In this document: positions 45,996 through 49,026 of the stretch, in pieces
How positions within the stretch are numbered: position 1 is the first letter of the stretch
How the letters are laid out: each line of letters starts with the position of its first letter
Origin: Sanchytrium tribonematis
Lineage: Eukaryota
DNA length: 49,026 nt
NCBI GenBank assembly: GCA_018985235.1
Contig: JADGIG010000015.1
Span: 1-49,026, forward strand
Direction of reading: 5' to 3'
Translations under genes and position numbers: made by a program
The notes under the pieces: model-generated
What the model was told of the DNA's origin: nothing
Database searches by the model: none
The model's input: only the letters and a program-made list of their open reading frames with translations

Positions 45996-46241
45996 TATCT
46001 TGACGATAGGGAATTGTATTTAAAACAAAGATGGAAATTCAAAACGTTTCATATATTTGGTTTCTTATTTAAATCTTTTGTTTGGCAGGTGAATTGATAT
46101 TTCGAAGCTGCACAGATTTCTTAATTATTTGTCAAAGTATAAGTGCATAGCAGAATTACGGCACACTTCAGCAAAATAGTCTTGGGAGATATAATGCAGA
46201 CTTGGTCATCCGAGTATCTTTGTTGTAAGGAGTAGTCAAAA

Positions 46242-48677
46242 ATGTCGTGGAAATTAGTCGAGTTATTCGATTTTTCAATAGAGCACATTGTTCTTAATTC
46301 AGGCGAAATTTGTTACGTCATTTTAAGAAAAGGAAGTGCTGATACTTTTTGCAATTCAAATTCCACATATTTAGATTATCTGAAAACATTAAAATTAAAG
46401 CATCCAATGGAAATGCTTGTCATTAAAAAAGGCGTAGATATCATTTGTCATGAAAAACCTTTACAGGATAACAGACAAGGACTTCAAGTTTTTTTAAAGA
46501 TTTCATTAGAAAGCGTATTAACTCGAAATTTATTGCAAATTGGGAAAAATTATCACGCCATAGAGCTGTTCCTCTCAAATATCGCCTTATACTCAAAAGA
46601 CCAGCTAAATATTTGCAAACGGTGGCTGCATAGAGTCAGACGAACTTCTTACTTTGCAGCTAGTCACGGCATAAATGTGGCATTTATAATAGAGAATTGG
46701 CAAAGTTTAAAACTAGACATTTCTGTGCTACTCGAAAATTGCAAAACATTACAGGATGATGACTTTCAAATGCTAAGAAGCAGAACGGAATCACTTCAGA
46801 ATGAATATTATCAAATGAAGCTAAATTATTTAAGATTTAACTTCAAGGAAGAAGTCTTTAAGATACATTTAGAAGATTTGATATTTGGTAAAAATGAATT
46901 ACAGGAACTATTTGATTCCAAAATGGTAGAATTGGCTGAGGAAAGGTCGTGGGAATCTCTTATCGATACTCGAATATTGGAGTTTATATTAAATTTTCAG
47001 TATTCAGATTCTGCCGCGCCTGAAGAGCAATATCGCAGCAAATTAATGGTGCCTCTTTTTAGCATACTATTTTCTGAGGAATCGTTTCTTCTCCTTCCAG
47101 AATACAAAGTGAAATACCTGCTGGCGAGTTCGACACAAAATATTGATATTTGCATTTGTCCACATCTTCTAAGTAATTGCACAAGGATGACATTACCTCC
47201 AGTATTTATTATCGAATGCTCAGCTGGAGATCATTACGACACATCCTATGATCATAAAGATTATGGAAGGAGCTTTTTTATTTGCGAAGCTACAATCAGT
47301 CATTATTTGGGTATGTATCACGAGTTATTCAATACAAATAAGGACGACTTTAAAAAGGCATCAAATAATCTCAAGGTATACGGTTGCATGACGCATAACT
47401 TGGTTTTCCAATTTTTTGCGTCGTATCCAATTGAAGTCGATGGTCAATATGAAATAGTCTTTGAAGCACCAATTGCTTGGCGAATTGACTTAACCAGTGA
47501 CAAGGATTTGCTTGAGAGTTCCGATTTTGTGGTTATCAACGAGATAGGGAGTTTTTTTCAATCTGAGACTGTATGTTTTGAAACAAAAGCAGTTCACCAG
47601 GACACATTAAACTCAGAAGAAGCACAATTTGATATAGAATTTGATGATCCTCAACTTGATTTTGGCCTCGAAAACAGAAGCACAAAAAAGCCAAAGCCAA
47701 ATTCATTTAGAGACATCAGTGATAATATGAACAAGAAGCTGCTATTACGAAAAATTCAATTCATCAAACAATTTGTATATCAAGCCAAATCTAGCTATTC
47801 GGAGAATATGAATATCTGGATGCGGGTGAATCCAGAAGCGAAGCCTTTAATGATAAATAATAATATTCGAATACTGTCCAGTCGACCATCCGTAACTAGC
47901 AATACAAAACAAAATGATGTTAATCATTCAACTAACATATTTCGTCAAGAAGAAGATTATAAACAAGGCAAAGTGGTTAAAATCAATTCAAGACGTTTGT
48001 ATGTCAAGATCAAAGAAATTTGCAAAAACGAGCTCGACATCCTCAAGTATTTAAAGGTTTCAAGCAGCCCTTATATTTGTCAAATTATCGATATTTATCC
48101 TGCTCAAGCAAAATCTGATACAGTTTTGTACTTTGAATTACTCGTGCCTTTTTCAGATGTGATATATCGATATAAAAATGAATACATCAATGCAATCTTT
48201 AATTACGTGTTGGATGCGCTACATGCCTTGAAATTTTTGAAAGCTGCTGGTATTCTACATCGTGATATTTCAGTGAACAACATTATGGTAAGTCAACCAA
48301 AAACGTCAAATGAAGTATTTAAATTAATCGATTTTGATCAGTCAATCTTTAAAAAAAATGCTCTTGCTGGTGACAGAAATTATGGAACAAAGAACTACAT
48401 TGCGCCAGAATTATTGAAGAACCCTAAAATTTCATTTGACCACCGCCATGATTTGTTTAGTTTAGGTTGTTGTGTAAATAAGATTTTGGCTTATGGCTTA
48501 TACTGCATGAATCCAGATACCGGCTATACTTCAAATGCTTTGGATGTGGCGCATAAATTCTATTTATTAATGATTTCAAATAAGGATTTGGATAAAATAA
48601 TTGAGTACGGGCTGGAAGAATTTTCGAAATTTAAAAAATTTAGAGGTTTTGTGTATTCTACTCATATTGTATTGTGA
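46242..48677 (+). CDS. Crinkler-like protein: putative PD-(D/E)xK nuclease-fold domain plus C-terminal protein kinase (FunK1-like motifs), 811 aa
   Basis: Kinase motifs LYVKI, NELDIL, ILHRDISVNNIM, KLIDFD, GTKNYIAPELL, HRHDLFSLG. Central PEEQYR...PEYKV...NIDICI...VFIIECS...HKD...KVYG pattern resembles a restriction-endonuclease fold. Confidence 0.75.
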   Translation: MSWKLVELFDFSIEHIVLNSGEICYVILRKGSADTFCNSNSTYLDYLKTLKLKHPMEMLVIKKGVDIICHEKPLQDNRQGLQVFLKISLESVLTRNLLQIGKNYHAIELFLSNIALYSKDQLNICKRWLHRVRRTSYFAASHGINVAFIIENWQSLKLDISVLLENCKTLQDDDFQMLRSRTESLQNEYYQMKLNYLRFNFKEEVFKIHLEDLIFGKNELQELFDSKMVELAEERSWESLIDTRILEFILNFQYSDSAAPEEQYRSKLMVPLFSILFSEESFLLLPEYKVKYLLASSTQNIDICICPHLLSNCTRMTLPPVFIIECSAGDHYDTSYDHKDYGRSFFICEATISHYLGMYHELFNTNKDDFKKASNNLKVYGCMTHNLVFQFFASYPIEVDGQYEIVFEAPIAWRIDLTSDKDLLESSDFVVINEIGSFFQSETVCFETKAVHQDTLNSEEAQFDIEFDDPQLDFGLENRSTKKPKPNSFRDISDNMNKKLLLRKIQFIKQFVYQAKSSYSENMNIWMRVNPEAKPLMINNNIRILSSRPSVTSNTKQNDVNHSTNIFRQEEDYKQGKVVKINSRRLYVKIKEICKNELDILKYLKVSSSPYICQIIDIYPAQAKSDTVLYFELLVPFSDVIYRYKNEYINAIFNYVLDALHALKFLKAAGILHRDISVNNIMVSQPKTSNEVFKLIDFDQSIFKKNALAGDRNYGTKNYIAPELLKNPKISFDHRHDLFSLGCCVNKILAYGLYCMNPDTGYTSNALDVAHKFYLLMISNKDLDKIIEYGLEEFSKFKKFRGFVYSTHIVL

Positions 48678-48764
48678 AGATTATTTAGTAAATAATTGTA
48701 AATCATATTGTACTTGATATAAATCGATATCTTATATTGAACACTAAATATTCACTGCCATTTA

Positions 48765-49025
48765 TCAATGAGAGCTGACTTTATTGACATAATACCCATA
48801 TTGAGATTTCATAGGCTTGCACTCAATCTTATCCATCAACAAGTCCACTAATGGATCATCCAGATTCCTAATAATTCTAGCATATACATCATCCACAACA
48901 ATCTTATTTTTAAAGCACACCCACAACGCCCATATCAATTGTATAGTCACTTCTCTCGAATAAAGATATCGATTCCTTTTGAAAAATACATTAATAATAT
49001 CTTTGGCAGAACTAGGAAGAGAATT
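48765..49025 (-). CDS. 3' end of a hypothetical gene entering from beyond the window
   Basis: Frame is open from the window edge to the stop at 48765. Confidence 0.4.
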   Translation of the reverse strand, partial: NSLPSSAKDIINVFFKRNRYLYSREVTIQLIWALWVCFKNKIVVDDVYARIIRNLDDPLVDLLMDKIECKPMKSQYGYYVNKVSSH

Positions 49026-49026
49026 G

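Noticed and set aside
13899..48677. Alternative genetic code (stop reassignment, as in some aphelids) to explain broken ORFs
   Set aside because: Conserved genes have no in-frame stops once the tiny introns are removed. TAA, TAG and TGA all end intact genes. In-frame stops occur only in decayed regions.

Overview
Eukaryotic nuclear DNA, AT-rich, standard genetic code, from a highly compacted fungal or fungus-related genome. An early-diverging lineage is my inference from the RTA1-like, fungal-type tropomyosin and FunK1-like genes plus the tiny introns. Bases ~1-13,600 are a transposon graveyard: a retro RNase H fragment, a MULE transposase split by a 1,482-bp hAT element with perfect 23-bp TIRs and an 8-bp TSD, a PIF1 helicase remnant, a second hAT remnant, and a Ty3/gypsy RT split by a 500-bp TIR element carrying a pogo fragment. 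Bases ~13,900-44,250 are very gene-dense. They hold an RTA1-like gene, three tandem small single-pass membrane proteins, a beta-propeller glyco-enzyme-like protein, LRR proteins, PP2A B56, Mis18-like, exportin CRM1, two tandem tropomyosins (201 and 161 aa), a homeobox factor, MCM4, ceramide glucosyltransferase and RPS21. The window ends with a decayed gene and a Crinkler-like nuclease-fold plus kinase gene. The strongest unexplained structure is seven inferred 19-20 nt GT-AG introns. All have an invariant A six bases from the 3' end, none is a multiple of 3, and all lie in the 3' half of their genes. All assignments come from motif recognition by eye; no searches were run.
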